A program made the position numbers and the translations under genes. Of a DNA stretch of 62,114 nucleotides, positions 38,357-48,657 are shown in pieces. Location of the stretch: NCBI GenBank assembly GCA_011773465.1, contig WVXO01000012.1, positions 2,368-64,481 of the forward strand, written 5' to 3'. Numbering within the stretch: position 1 is the first letter of the stretch; every line of letters starts with the position of its first letter. The notes beneath the pieces are model-generated. The model made no database searches. It was not told where the DNA came from and saw only the letters and a program-made list of their open reading frames with translations. The stretch comes from Candidatus Aminicenantes bacterium (lineage in GTDB: Bacteria; Acidobacteriota; Aminicenantia; Aminicenantales; Aminicenantaceae).

Positions 38357-39619
38357 CTATTTAAGGCAATATATCAAAAGCAAGATTTGTTTCATCGCCA
38401 AAAAGAGGCCGTCTATTTCAGCCTCCTCCCTAAGAGTGTGCTTAAACCGGCCGTAAGTTCTCCCTAAATTCACAGAGAGGATGCCTCTTTCTATGCCCGC
38501 GTTGGCCTCTGTGGAACCCAGAGGATCCACTTCTATTTCTTTAACCTCGAGAAATTTAAGAATATCGAAAACCGTCCTCACTAAAAAAGAATCCCCTGCT
38601 CCAGGAATTTGATAGGCTTTTGAACGTTCATTAAGGTTCATTTTCAACTCAACTCCCACATCAGCGGCAACATCCTGGCAGATCTTTTTAATTTTACGTT
38701 GGGCTTTCTTAAGCTCTTCCTGGTCGGCCGAACGAAGGTCTACAGTAAAATAAGACTCCTGAGAAACAGCATTCCTGACTTTTCCTCCTCCAATCATGCC
38801 AACATTAATAATAGTCCATTTTTCCGGAGGCTTTGAGCGAAGCTCAATCTCACAGATCCGCTCTATGGCCTTGGCTACGGCCAAATTCGGATTGGGCACA
38901 CCACGACTCTGCATTGTATGGGCCCCAGGACCGCGGAAAGTAATCCTTCCTCCCCCAAATCCTAAAGCACCATAATGAACTTTTCCCAAGTCCCCATCAA
39001 GGGCGATGACTAAATCAAACTTCTCTTTCGTAGAATCCAGGAAAGCCTCCATTCCGACAAACCCGACTTCCTCTCCTACGCTTCCCATGAAATAATAGGT
39101 ATTCTTAGGCTTGAACCCCGCCTGCTTTAAAGCCCGTATTGACCAGAGAAGGTTTACCAAATTGGCTGTATCATCCCCTATGCCAGGAGCCTTAAGAAGA
39201 TTTCCCTCTCTTTTGACTTTGATCTCCCATACTCCCTGGAAGACAGTGTCCATGTGGGCGGAAATGATGATCTTCTTTCCCCGACCAGTTCCTTTCCAGA
39301 TGCCGATAACATTGCCAGAAGTATCGATAAATACTTCATCCAGGCCAGAAGCTTCGAATTGTTTTTTTAGGTACTCGGCTCTCTTCTCCTCATGTCCGGA
39401 AGGCGCAGGAATTTCTGTTAGATAAATCCATTCTTGGATGATCTTTTCTCGATTCTGCGCGATAAAAGAAAACACCTCCCGAACCAAAGGGGAGTTGACC
39501 ATCTCGCGTTTAAAGAGGGACTCCTCGCCCTTAAGGCTGGCTAAAGAAACAGTTGAGAAAACGATTATACCAAGCAAGCCAAATTTAAAATATTTTTTCA
39601 TTATTTCTGCTCTTCTCAT
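38357..39619 (-). CDS. Secreted M20/M25/M40-family metallopeptidase
   Basis: IPAPSGHEEKRA, SAHMDTV, PGIGDD, VGEE, GPGAH, INVGMIGGG, HTLRE. Confidence 0.88.
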   Translation of the reverse strand: MRRAEIMKKYFKFGLLGIIVFSTVSLASLKGEESLFKREMVNSPLVREVFSFIAQNREKIIQEWIYLTEIPAPSGHEEKRAEYLKKQFEASGLDEVFIDTSGNVIGIWKGTGRGKKIIISAHMDTVFQGVWEIKVKREGNLLKAPGIGDDTANLVNLLWSIRALKQAGFKPKNTYYFMGSVGEEVGFVGMEAFLDSTKEKFDLVIALDGDLGKVHYGALGFGGGRITFRGPGAHTMQSRGVPNPNLAVAKAIERICEIELRSKPPEKWTIINVGMIGGGKVRNAVSQESYFTVDLRSADQEELKKAQRKIKKICQDVAADVGVELKMNLNERSKAYQIPGAGDSFLVRTVFDILKFLEVKEIEVDPLGSTEANAGIERGILSVNLGRTYGRFKHTLREEAEIDGLFLAMKQILLLIYCLK

Positions 39620-39648
39620 TATTTTTTCCTTAATTTCTTTAGCAAAGT

Positions 39649-41142
39649 TTATTCGCTGTAGTATTTGATGACCCGAACAACTGCTTGCTCACAGACCTTA
39701 CAAAAAGGCTTCTTTCCTTTGGTGAACATCAGGCAGTCGAGCATAGGCCGATAGAGGCCTTTGGCTGAATAGCCTGCACCCTCAAAAACGCCAACCTTTT
39801 CTTTAAACCTGCTTTTTGAAAGATAGTCATCCACTTTTTGGGCATGTTCTTTGGAAAGCCGTTCAGACTCTTGTTCAACCTTCTCTACTTCAGCTTGGGG
39901 AGCCTTCTCTCTTTTCATCGTCGCAATCTTTTCGTTTATTTCACGGCGTATCTTCTGGTAAGCCATATCCATCTTGTCAAAACCTTCCTTTTCCCAAGGG
40001 GTTGGAATTTCAATATGAGGAGTCAGCAAATCTTTCCATTTAAGGTTCTCGGAATCAAGCAGAGCGGTGATATTAGGCTCTACGGGCTCCACTCCTCTTG
40101 GATAAAATTCATTATAAGCTACGGACGATGTGTAATATTCGTCCGCGAGACCGGCAAAGGAATGGCCAAACTCGTGCAGGAAGAGATACTCATACCACTG
40201 ATTGTCTACCGTAAAAGTGCAGTACAGATTGTAGATTCCTCCACCTCCATAGCGTTTATGATTGATCATGATAAACAGGGTGTCGTAGGGAACATGGGCT
40301 GCTATATCGCGAAGGGATCTGTTGTCTTCTGTCAGTAGATAACGTTCTGAGCCCAGAGAGTTAAAGGTAGCATTGAGCGCAGTATTTTTGAAGATTCCAG
40401 GTCTAGGTTCATCACAACCGCTTTCCTCTGAAGGTTTAAACACGCCATAGATATTGAAACTGTCTTTGTAAGTTATGTAAGGTTCATGGTTAAAAAAAAT
40501 CTCGGTAAACCGCTTTAAATCTGCCTCAACCTTTTCTTCTTCTTTAGAGGTATACCCTTCGGCGATGAAGGCTATATCTACTTTCTCATGAGGACTTCCA
40601 CTTTTCAGGATTTCAAAGACTTTGACTTTTTTGTCCAAATTTTCTTTTATGATGCTTACCGAAAAAGGATCGATCCCCTGGCTGAAAAGAACGTGAAGAT
40701 TATTCTCTCGATCCCTCACTTCCAGGGTAAACTTGATGTTTTTCTTTGGATAAGGAATGAGAATTGTCTCGTGATAAGCTCTTTTTATACCCTTTAGAGC
40801 CTGATTAGTTGTCTTGTACTCGCCGAAGTAGCTATCAAATCCTTTGGAATAAATAAGCTTTCCTGATGAAGAATCGTAAATTTTAGCGTGGTAGCGGCCA
40901 TTATCGAATTTATCAATAAGGTTGCGCTGGCTCCCTGCCCAGATACCCTGCTCGTAAACCTGATCGACTGTGATCCATTCTTCTTTAGCATCACCAATGT
41001 GAAAATAATCCAGGCGCATGGTTCTATCGACAAAATAATCATCAAATCTAAAAGATGCTTGAGTAGACAGGGCTCTTAAGAAAGAGAGAGTAATAATAAT
41101 AAAAGATACAACGGCACTAAAAAATATAATTTTACGTCTCAT
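39649..41142 (-). CDS. Peptidase M64 (IgA peptidase-like)
   Basis: TMRLDYFHIG N-terminal domain, IAEGYT, YGGGGIYN, HEFGHSFAGLADEY, FEGAGY...YRP..DCLM...FCKVC. Confidence 0.92.
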   Translation of the reverse strand: MRRKIIFFSAVVSFIIITLSFLRALSTQASFRFDDYFVDRTMRLDYFHIGDAKEEWITVDQVYEQGIWAGSQRNLIDKFDNGRYHAKIYDSSSGKLIYSKGFDSYFGEYKTTNQALKGIKRAYHETILIPYPKKNIKFTLEVRDRENNLHVLFSQGIDPFSVSIIKENLDKKVKVFEILKSGSPHEKVDIAFIAEGYTSKEEEKVEADLKRFTEIFFNHEPYITYKDSFNIYGVFKPSEESGCDEPRPGIFKNTALNATFNSLGSERYLLTEDNRSLRDIAAHVPYDTLFIMINHKRYGGGGIYNLYCTFTVDNQWYEYLFLHEFGHSFAGLADEYYTSSVAYNEFYPRGVEPVEPNITALLDSENLKWKDLLTPHIEIPTPWEKEGFDKMDMAYQKIRREINEKIATMKREKAPQAEVEKVEQESERLSKEHAQKVDDYLSKSRFKEKVGVFEGAGYSAKGLYRPMLDCLMFTKGKKPFCKVCEQAVVRVIKYYSE

Positions 41143-42002
41143 GATTCCTCCTCTGACCTTGGTCTGTTTAAAATAGCTATCCCGCCCACCACTTCTTTAA
41201 TGATTTTTACTGCAGCTGCGGCTGTGATTCCTGATTTATCTCGATCAGGATAAACCTCTACTACATCCAATCCCACAATTCGAGCATCTAAAGCATGAAG
41301 GATGTCTAAGGCCTGACGCGTAGAAAGGCCCCCTGCCTCGTGGTGGGCGACTCCGGGGGCAAAAGCAGGGTCAAGGGCATCCATATCAAAAGATATATAT
41401 AGGGGATTTGAAAACTCCAAAGAAAGCGAGCCTTTAATATCTTTCATCTCAATCATCCTAACTCCATGTTCTGATGCTTTTGTTCTCTGCTGACCAGTAG
41501 CAGCTCTTATCCCTACCTGAACAAGATTTTGAGCCAGGCCCTCTTCCATGATTCTGGCAAATGGGCAGGCATGGGAATAACGGTCTCCGCGCATCTCTTC
41601 GTATAAATCCGGATGGGCATCGAAATGGAGGATATCCAAGGGCTCAAACTTTCTGGCAAAGGCTCTCACAACAGGATAGCTGATAGAATGGTCTCCGCCC
41701 AATACAACAGGTACTGCATTCTTTTCTAGTATCTTAAGGACGTTTTCTTCTATTCGGGAGAACGCATCGAAAAAATCTCCTGAAGCATCCATATCCCCCA
41801 GGTCCGTCAAAATTATCTCTTCATCTAAATTAGCACCTAGTTCAGTCCACGGATTGATGGCTCTCCCGGTGGATGCGGCCCTGATGGCCTGAGGTCCTTT
41901 GGAAGCTCCCCTTAAGTAACAGGACTTCTCATCAAAGGGAATTCCGATAATAGCGATATCGTAGTCTTCGGTTTGCTTTACTGCCCCTCCAAAATCAGTC
42001 AT
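41139..42002 (-). CDS. Agmatinase/arginase-family ureohydrolase
   Basis: GIPFD...GASKGPQAIR, GGDHSIS, HFDAHPD, SHACPF, SFDMDALDP. Start at 42002 (ORF track 42059). Confidence 0.92.
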   Translation of the reverse strand: MTDFGGAVKQTEDYDIAIIGIPFDEKSCYLRGASKGPQAIRAASTGRAINPWTELGANLDEEIILTDLGDMDASGDFFDAFSRIEENVLKILEKNAVPVVLGGDHSISYPVVRAFARKFEPLDILHFDAHPDLYEEMRGDRYSHACPFARIMEEGLAQNLVQVGIRAATGQQRTKASEHGVRMIEMKDIKGSLSLEFSNPLYISFDMDALDPAFAPGVAHHEAGGLSTRQALDILHALDARIVGLDVVEVYPDRDKSGITAAAAVKIIKEVVGGIAILNRPRSEEES

Positions 42003-42079
42003 TTCTGTTCTCCAGATGTGGCATATTAAAGATCCATCTCTAAAAAAAGAAGAAAGCAAAAAAGATTATACAGTGAATG

Positions 42080-42281
42080 CGGTCAGACTTGCAAAACTTG
42101 AGTTTTTTGCGGGATAAAATAAAATCATACAAACTGAGGCCGTCAAATAAGAAACAGATAAAAACTTAACTCTTAAAGACCTGACCGACCAGGGAAAACA
42201 GGGTACAATAGAAAGCTCAAGTTTTGCAAGCATGATCCCAAATTTTTAATTCAATAATTCAAGTTTTCAAAGTCTGAGCCC
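42080..42281. repeat. ~160-bp MITE/REP-like element (TIR GGTCAGACTTGCAAAACTTGAG) plus an extra right end
   Basis: Collinear with 44401-44561; extra right end at 42256-42281. Confidence 0.8.
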
Positions 42282-42315
42282 TGTGTTACAATCGCTCTTT
42301 GGCAAAAGGCTTGAA

Positions 42316-43410
42316 ATGTTCACTAGAAGAACTGCTAAAAAGTTCAGCAAGATTTATAAAGAGGCAAAGAAACCAGAAAATCGTTTCCACTTTGATCTTG
42401 AGAAAGACTGCCTGGTCCTTTTTTCTGACCATCACAAAGGCGATGGAAGTGCAGCGGATGACTTCAAGAAAAACGCTCTCCTTTATGAATCAGCTCTTTC
42501 TTTCTACAAAGAAAACGGATTCAAGCTTATCGTTCTCGGAGATAACGAAGAACTCTGGGAGTGCAGCTATGATCAGATTCTGGCGATACACAGACAAATA
42601 ATCGAGAAAGAAATCGAGATCGCTCTAGTCTCCCCGAATCAAAAGAAGATAAGAATATGGGGAAATCATGACAAAGAGGTATCTCTGTGGAGGTTCAGAA
42701 GGTTTTTAAAAGCTCTGGGTGAAAAGATCCTGAATAAAGTTGATCATAGAAAAGGTCTCTGTCTTGGTGAAGATATTTTTCTGATCCATGGTCACCAGGG
42801 GAGATTTTTTGAGGACAAAGCCTGGAGGGTGAGCCGCTGGGCTGTCCAATTTGTTTGGAAAACAATGCAAAAAATCTTTAAAATCGGAATTGACGGCCCC
42901 GCAGAAAATTATGAGATCAGGGACGACTTGGAGTTTCAATACTATGAGTGGGCCAAGAAAAATAAGGTGATGTTAGTCTGCGGTCACACTCATCGAGCAA
43001 TTTTCGCTTCCTTGACTCATTTTGACCGCCTTCAAATAGAAATTCGCCACTTGGAAAAACTCTTAAAGGAAACGCCCACAGAAGGGCGGGAGAAACTAGA
43101 GAAAGAAATAAATAGGAAAAAAGCAGAGAGAGAAAAAATACTGAGGAAAAGATCGGGAATAATGCCTAAATCCTTTGCTAAACATCCTGGGTGGCCCATT
43201 CCTTGTTATTTTAATGCCGGCTGTTGTGGCTACACGAACGGGATAACCTGTCTTGAAATAGAGAGACAAACGATTCGTCTTATCAAATGGCAGCGTGACA
43301 GCGGCGAGAGAATCGTCTTGGCTGAAGAAAACATTCAACTCCTTCTCAAATACATCAAAGAAAGTCGCTCTGTGGATGAATCCCTGGAGCCAAAATTGAA
43401 AGACTACTGA
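42316..43410 (+). CDS. Calcineurin-like metallophosphoesterase
   Basis: FSDHHKGDG, LGDNEELW, GNHD, IHGHQ, GHTH, YFNAG. Start at 42316 (ORF track 42283). Confidence 0.85.
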   Translation: MFTRRTAKKFSKIYKEAKKPENRFHFDLEKDCLVLFSDHHKGDGSAADDFKKNALLYESALSFYKENGFKLIVLGDNEELWECSYDQILAIHRQIIEKEIEIALVSPNQKKIRIWGNHDKEVSLWRFRRFLKALGEKILNKVDHRKGLCLGEDIFLIHGHQGRFFEDKAWRVSRWAVQFVWKTMQKIFKIGIDGPAENYEIRDDLEFQYYEWAKKNKVMLVCGHTHRAIFASLTHFDRLQIEIRHLEKLLKETPTEGREKLEKEINRKKAEREKILRKRSGIMPKSFAKHPGWPIPCYFNAGCCGYTNGITCLEIERQTIRLIKWQRDSGERIVLAEENIQLLLKYIKESRSVDESLEPKLKDY

Positions 43411-43420
43411 TGTCGTGAAA

Positions 43421-43688
43421 GGGATCAAACTTGTAAAACTTGAATAATTTCTTTCTTTTTTATAAACAAATGGCATTAGAATTCTAACGTGTGTAGACCA
43501 ACGGATCCATGCCTTCAAGACTCGAATTTCTTGCCTTTTCTTGTGCTAGACCAAGGGGATCAGACCTTTAAAATTTATGTTTATCACTTTATCTTGAAGG
43601 CCCGATTTTTTATTATATTGAAAAGCTCATGTTTTAAAGGTCGGATCACAAAGATTTAAAATAACTCAAGTTTTGCAAGTCTGACCCC
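43421..43688. repeat. Longer member of the GGGTCAGACTTGC TIR family with internal degenerate copies
   Basis: Left GGGATCAAACTTGTAAAACTTGAAT; right AACTCAAGTTTTGCAAGTCTGACCCC; inner GGGGATCAGACCTTTAAAA / TTTTAAAGGTCGGATC. Confidence 0.75.
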
Positions 43689-43838
43689 CTGACTTTGTTT
43701 TTGTTTGAAAAATAATTATAATTCGAAAAAGATAAAAGTTTCAGGAGAATCCGAAAAAAGGATTTCAAATAAGTAAAAGGTTTACTGCTTAGCTCAAAAC
43801 TTAAGCGGACATCAAGCGTGTCATCCTAGGAGGTGGCT

Positions 43839-44399
43839 ATGAAAAAAATAACAACTCAAATCGAAAAATTTCAGCATTTTTATCCTTATACTGTGGCCAT
43901 TGTGGGCGCTCAATCAGAAAATCAAATCAATTACATGGCCTGTGCCTGGCATACCGCCCTTTCCTTTGATCCACCGCTCTTCGGTGTTCTTGTCGCCAAA
44001 AAGAGACTTACGCATCAAGTTATCTATGAGGCAAGAGAATTCACCGTGAACTTTATCAGCTCAGAACGGGTAAAACTCTCTGCTCAGATGGGAAGAAAAT
44101 CAGGTCATGATATGGACAAGATCAAAGAGTTTAAGGTTAAACTTTCGCCCGCAAAAATTATCCAAACCCCTGTCTTCGATGAAGCTTATGTCTCTTTCGA
44201 ATGTAAAGTGGCAGATATCAGAGCTTACGGAGACCACGATCTTTTCGTAGGTGAAGTCTTAGCAATCCATGAAGAAGAGAAAAGCTTCAACTCAGAAGGG
44301 ATTCTCAATACCGGAAAAATTCATCCTCTTCTTTATCTTGGAAACGACTTTTACATCACCATCAACCCTGATACTCTCAAGCATGTCATTCCCGATTAG
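43839..44399 (+). CDS. Flavin reductase-like FMN-binding protein
   Basis: NYMACAW, SFDPPLFGV, EFTVN, GRKSG..DK, FECKV, GDHDLFVGEV. AGGAGG RBS before the ATG at 43839. Confidence 0.9.
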   Translation: MKKITTQIEKFQHFYPYTVAIVGAQSENQINYMACAWHTALSFDPPLFGVLVAKKRLTHQVIYEAREFTVNFISSERVKLSAQMGRKSGHDMDKIKEFKVKLSPAKIIQTPVFDEAYVSFECKVADIRAYGDHDLFVGEVLAIHEEEKSFNSEGILNTGKIHPLLYLGNDFYITINPDTLKHVIPD

Positions 44400-44400
44400 C

Positions 44401-44561
44401 GGGATCAGACTTGCAAAACTTGAGTTTTTTGTAGGATAAAATGAAATCATATAAACTAAGGGCGTTAATTAAAAAGCAGAAAAAAACTCAACCTTAAAAG
44501 GCCTGATCCCTCAGGAAAAACAGGCAAAAATAAATAACTCAAGTTTTGCAAGTCTGACCCC
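44401..44561. repeat. 161-bp MITE/REP-like element with near-perfect 26-bp TIRs
   Basis: GGGATCAGACTTGCAAAACTTGAGTT ... AACTCAAGTTTTGCAAGTCTGACCCC. Confidence 0.85.
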
Positions 44562-44574
44562 AATGGAGGTTTAA

Positions 44575-46941
44575 ATGAGGCATATGAAAAAAAAGCATTT
44601 TCTTTCCCTTATCTTTGTACTGATCATTATTTTTGGGATTATTCATGCCCAGGGAGAAAGCACAAAGGCTTCAAAGTTCGAACTGACGATTGACACCATA
44701 ATGAAGGGTACTGAGCTTGTCGGCACCGCGCCCTCAAACGTTATGTGGTCAGTGGAGGGGGCAAAGCTTTATTTCCGCTGGCAAAAACCTGGAGAGGAAA
44801 AGTCTGAATTTTATTCGATTACAAAGTCGAATCTATCCCCAAAAAAGACGACTATCGAAGACCTTCTTAAGCTTCCTCCCATTCCCTCTCGCCGTTCTTC
44901 CTACTCCCGCTACTTTCGTTCTGGACTCCGCGGGGTGGAGATAAAATTCGACAGGAAGAAAAAAAGAGCTCTTATTGTACGGGAAGGGGACATAAGTCTT
45001 CTGGATATTGCGGCAGGAAAAACCACCCAGCTTACGTTCACAGACGACCGGGAGTCAAACGCAAATTTCTCGTTTGACCAGAAAAAAATCTATTTTACCT
45101 ATCAAAATAACCTCTTCCTCCTCTCTCTTGAAAACAACAGCCTTCGCCAGATGACTTCTATCTCTAAAAAGACTCCTCCTCTGGGTAAAAAGCCAGATGA
45201 GGTCGAAGAATGGTACCGTGAACAGCAGCAAGAACTCTTTCAAGAATTCAAGAAAGGGCAAAAAAGAACGGATCAGAGGGAGACACTTCCCTCTTCTGGC
45301 AGAATAAAAAAAAGAAAGCCTTTTTTGCTGGGCCAAGATCAGAACCTTTATAATTTCGATCTTTCTCCCGATGAAAAATACGTTGTTTTTATGATTTCTG
45401 AAAGTCTATCTGCGGCTAAACGGACAATCGTCCCCAACTATGTCACCAGAACAGGATTCACCGAAACAATAAATTCCCACACAAAAGCTGCCCAATCATC
45501 GAGAGATTACAAAGCAGGAATCATGGATGCCTCCAATGGAGAAGTTAAATGGGTCGATTACAATCAAGAAGGAAAAAAAATTCTTCCATCAACTATATTC
45601 TGGTCTCCAGACGGGAAAAAATGTGCCCTGACCGCAAGTTCTGATGACAGGAAGGACGAGTGGCTTTTACTCCTAGATATAAGCAGCGGAAAAACATCCG
45701 TCATCGAATATATCCATGATGAGGCCTGGGTTGGCCCGTTGGGGTTGACAAACATCACCTGGTATCCGGATGGCCGTCGTATTTTTTATATCTCGGAGAA
45801 GGATGGCTATGCTCATCTTTATAGAGCTTCTCCTGACGGGAAACAGAAAAAACAACTTACCAAGGGCAAATTTGAGGTTTACAGAGCCCAGCTCTCCAAG
45901 GATGGTAAAAAATGGTATTTGCTATCTAATGAAGAACACCCGGGGGAGCGCCACTTGTACTCCATGAAAGCGGAAGGAGGCAAAAGGACGAAAATCACCT
46001 CTTTGAGAGGTCGCAACCAGGCCATTCTATCCCCAGATGAATCTTCTCTGGCCATTATTTATTCCTCTAGCAACAATCCTCCGGAACTCTATTTCCAGCC
46101 TAACAGGCCAGGAGCTGAGGCAACCCGGGTGACTCTATCCTCAACAGAAAAGTTTCGCTATTACGATTGGCATGAACCGGAAATCATAACATTTAAAGCT
46201 CGCGACGGAATCAATGTCTACGCCAGGCTCTACAGACCGAAAAACTGGCATGCTCAAAGTCCGGCTGTCATCTTTATCCATGGCGCCGGATATTTGCAGA
46301 ATGCCCATAGGGGTTGGAGCAGCTACTACCGGGAATACATGTTTCATAATTTATTGATGGACAAAGGCTATCTTGTCTTGGATGTTGATTACAGGGGGAG
46401 CGCTGGTTACGGCCGAGATTGTCGGACAGCCATCTACCGTCACATGGGAGGAAAAGACCTTGATGATATCGTCGACGCTGCTCAATTTCTGGTAAAAAAA
46501 TTGAATGTCAACCCGAATAGAATTGGAGTATATGGAGGGAGTTATGGAGGCTTTCTGACACTAATGGCTATGTTTAAAGCTCCTGATGTGTTCAAGGCAG
46601 GCGCTGCTTTACGACCTGTCACTGATTGGGCTCACTACCATCCAGGCTACACCGTAGATATTCTCAATCTCCCCCATGAAGACACCAAAGCTTATAAACA
46701 AAGCTCGCCCATCTATTTTGCAGAAGGACTCAAAGGTTCACTCCTCATCTGCCACGGTATGGTTGACACCAATGTCCATTTTCAGGATACAGTCAGATTG
46801 GTGCAACGTCTGATTGAACTAAGGAAGGAAGGCTGGGAAGTGGCTATTTATCCTGTGGAAGGGCACTCTTTTCATAACAGCTCCTCCTGGGCAGATGAAT
46901 ACAAGCGGATTTTCAAACTCTTCGAAGACAATTTGAAATAA
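44575..46941 (+). CDS. S9-family (DPP IV-like) peptidase, secreted
   Basis: Beta-propeller N-terminal part; IHGAGY, DYRGSAGYG, GGSYGG nucleophile, HGMVDTNV, EGHSF. Confidence 0.93.
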   Translation: MRHMKKKHFLSLIFVLIIIFGIIHAQGESTKASKFELTIDTIMKGTELVGTAPSNVMWSVEGAKLYFRWQKPGEEKSEFYSITKSNLSPKKTTIEDLLKLPPIPSRRSSYSRYFRSGLRGVEIKFDRKKKRALIVREGDISLLDIAAGKTTQLTFTDDRESNANFSFDQKKIYFTYQNNLFLLSLENNSLRQMTSISKKTPPLGKKPDEVEEWYREQQQELFQEFKKGQKRTDQRETLPSSGRIKKRKPFLLGQDQNLYNFDLSPDEKYVVFMISESLSAAKRTIVPNYVTRTGFTETINSHTKAAQSSRDYKAGIMDASNGEVKWVDYNQEGKKILPSTIFWSPDGKKCALTASSDDRKDEWLLLLDISSGKTSVIEYIHDEAWVGPLGLTNITWYPDGRRIFYISEKDGYAHLYRASPDGKQKKQLTKGKFEVYRAQLSKDGKKWYLLSNEEHPGERHLYSMKAEGGKRTKITSLRGRNQAILSPDESSLAIIYSSSNNPPELYFQPNRPGAEATRVTLSSTEKFRYYDWHEPEIITFKARDGINVYARLYRPKNWHAQSPAVIFIHGAGYLQNAHRGWSSYYREYMFHNLLMDKGYLVLDVDYRGSAGYGRDCRTAIYRHMGGKDLDDIVDAAQFLVKKLNVNPNRIGVYGGSYGGFLTLMAMFKAPDVFKAGAALRPVTDWAHYHPGYTVDILNLPHEDTKAYKQSSPIYFAEGLKGSLLICHGMVDTNVHFQDTVRLVQRLIELRKEGWEVAIYPVEGHSFHNSSSWADEYKRIFKLFEDNLK

Positions 46942-46960
46942 AAGGCAATTTCCGTATAAT
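46933..46960 (+). promoter_or_regulatory. sigma-70 promoter of the ABC-pilD operon
   Basis: TTGAAA-N16-TATAAT ending 13 bp before the ATG at 46974. Confidence 0.5.
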
Positions 46961-46973
46961 AGGGAAGAACTTC

Positions 46974-47891
46974 ATGGGCACGGTACTCAAGATAGAGAAC
47001 CTTCACAAATCCTTCAAGCTGGGCTTTCTTCTCAAAAAAAAGGAAATCCTTAGAGGCATATCTCTATCTGTAGAACAGGGTGAGGTCTTCGGCTATCTCG
47101 GTCCGAATGGAGCAGGAAAAACCACGACCATCAAGTGTATTCTCGGTCTTATCTTTCCCGAGAAAGGAAAAATAGAAATTTTCTCTCATCCCCACCTTTC
47201 CCCTAAGGCTAAAGAGAAAATTGGATTTCTCCCTGAAAATCCTTATTTTTACGATCATCTGACAGCCTCGGAGTTTCTCGATTACTACAGCCAGTTGTTC
47301 TTGCTAAAAAAAGGGGAAAAAGAAGAAAAAATAAAAAACCTGATTCGCCTTGTTAATCTAGAGGATTCCGCAGACCTTCAGCTTCGAAAGTTTTCTCGAG
47401 GGATGCTGCAAAGAATAGGCATGGCTCAGGCTCTTCTCAACGACCCCTCTCTCGCCTTCTTGGATGAACCTCTGGGAGGCCTTGATCCTCTGGGAAGAAA
47501 AGAGATGAGAGACATCATTGTCCGACTCAAAGATGAAGGAAAAACCGTTTTCCTTTCCTCCCATATCCTTCAGGATATTGAAATGATATGCGACCGGGTA
47601 GCAATAATCGTCAACGGAAAGATTATCAACCAAGGAGCTCTTCATGATCTGATATCAGAAAAAATCCTGTTTACAGAAGTCATTCTCTCAGGCGTAGAAG
47701 AAAAAGAGCTTGAAGGACTGGGAGAATATTTTTCTGGGCATGGGGACAGGACACTGCTTAAAGTCTTCAAGGAAGAAAATGTTGAGAAAGTCCTCCAGCA
47801 TGTCCAGTCCAAAAACGGAAAAGTTCACTCTCTTATCCCCAGGACTGAAACCCTTGAAGATCTTTTTGTGGAGATCGTGAAGCAGAGATGA
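46974..47891 (+). CDS. ABC-2 type ATP-binding protein, pilus-associated (PilH-like)
   Basis: GPNGAGKTT, GFLPENPYFY, FSRGMLQRIG, LDEP, SSHIL; operon ends in pilD. Confidence 0.9.
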   Translation: MGTVLKIENLHKSFKLGFLLKKKEILRGISLSVEQGEVFGYLGPNGAGKTTTIKCILGLIFPEKGKIEIFSHPHLSPKAKEKIGFLPENPYFYDHLTASEFLDYYSQLFLLKKGEKEEKIKNLIRLVNLEDSADLQLRKFSRGMLQRIGMAQALLNDPSLAFLDEPLGGLDPLGRKEMRDIIVRLKDEGKTVFLSSHILQDIEMICDRVAIIVNGKIINQGALHDLISEKILFTEVILSGVEEKELEGLGEYFSGHGDRTLLKVFKEENVEKVLQHVQSKNGKVHSLIPRTETLEDLFVEIVKQR

Positions 47892-48652
47892 AAATAAAGG
47901 CGATTGCTTTCAACACATTCAAGGAAGCCATAAGAGATAGAATTCTCTATCTCCTCCTCTTTTTTGCAGCGGTCTGCATTATTTTCTCCCGTTTACTGGC
48001 TCTCCTTACTGTGGGAGATAAGGTTAAAATTATCAAGGATGTCGGCCTCACTTCGATCTCTCTCTTCGGTGCTCTGATGGCGATTTTGATGGGAACAGGG
48101 CTTGTTTTCAAAGAAATAGACAAGAAAACAATTTACACCATCGTCTCCAAGCCCATTCACCGTTATCAATTTCTCTTGGGAAAGTTTTTTGGGCTGATCT
48201 TTACCCTCTTCATCATGCTTCTTCTTATGAGCTTTATTTTCTTGGCTTGGGTCTTTTTCCACACCTTCACGATTGAATGGGAAATGTTTGTCGCCATCCT
48301 CTTCATCTTTTTCGAACTCTGCCTCGTAACTTCTGTCGCCCTTCTTTTCTCCTGTTTCTCCACGCCAATATTGAGCTCCATCTTTTCCCTCGCTTTTTAC
48401 GTGATCGGCCACACCGCCTGGGGGCTAGAAACTCTCATCAAAAAGATTCCACCAGGAATGGGAAAAACGCTAGTTCAAGCCCTCTACCACTTTATCCCCG
48501 ATCTTGAAAATTTCAATTTTAAAACAGAAATCGTGCAGCACCTGGATATTCCTTCTGAAGTATTTCTGTATTCGATCCTTTACGGTTTTTTTTACACTCT
48601 TTTTGTCCTGATAATAGCGGTCCTTGTCTTTAGAAAAAGAGATTTTATTTAA
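47888..48652 (+). CDS. ABC-2 permease, pilus-associated (PilI-like)
   Basis: IAFNTFKEAIRDR, KEIDKKTIYTIVSKPI.R..FLLGKF, C-terminal FRKRDF. Confidence 0.88.
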   Translation: MKIKAIAFNTFKEAIRDRILYLLLFFAAVCIIFSRLLALLTVGDKVKIIKDVGLTSISLFGALMAILMGTGLVFKEIDKKTIYTIVSKPIHRYQFLLGKFFGLIFTLFIMLLLMSFIFLAWVFFHTFTIEWEMFVAILFIFFELCLVTSVALLFSCFSTPILSSIFSLAFYVIGHTAWGLETLIKKIPPGMGKTLVQALYHFIPDLENFNFKTEIVQHLDIPSEVFLYSILYGFFYTLFVLIIAVLVFRKRDFI

Positions 48653-48657
48653 GAGCT

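Noticed and set aside
38163-38456. 97-aa + strand ORF over the sRNA candidate
   Set aside because: TTG start lies upstream of the predicted promoter, there is no RBS, and it overlaps the M20 peptidase 3' end in antisense.
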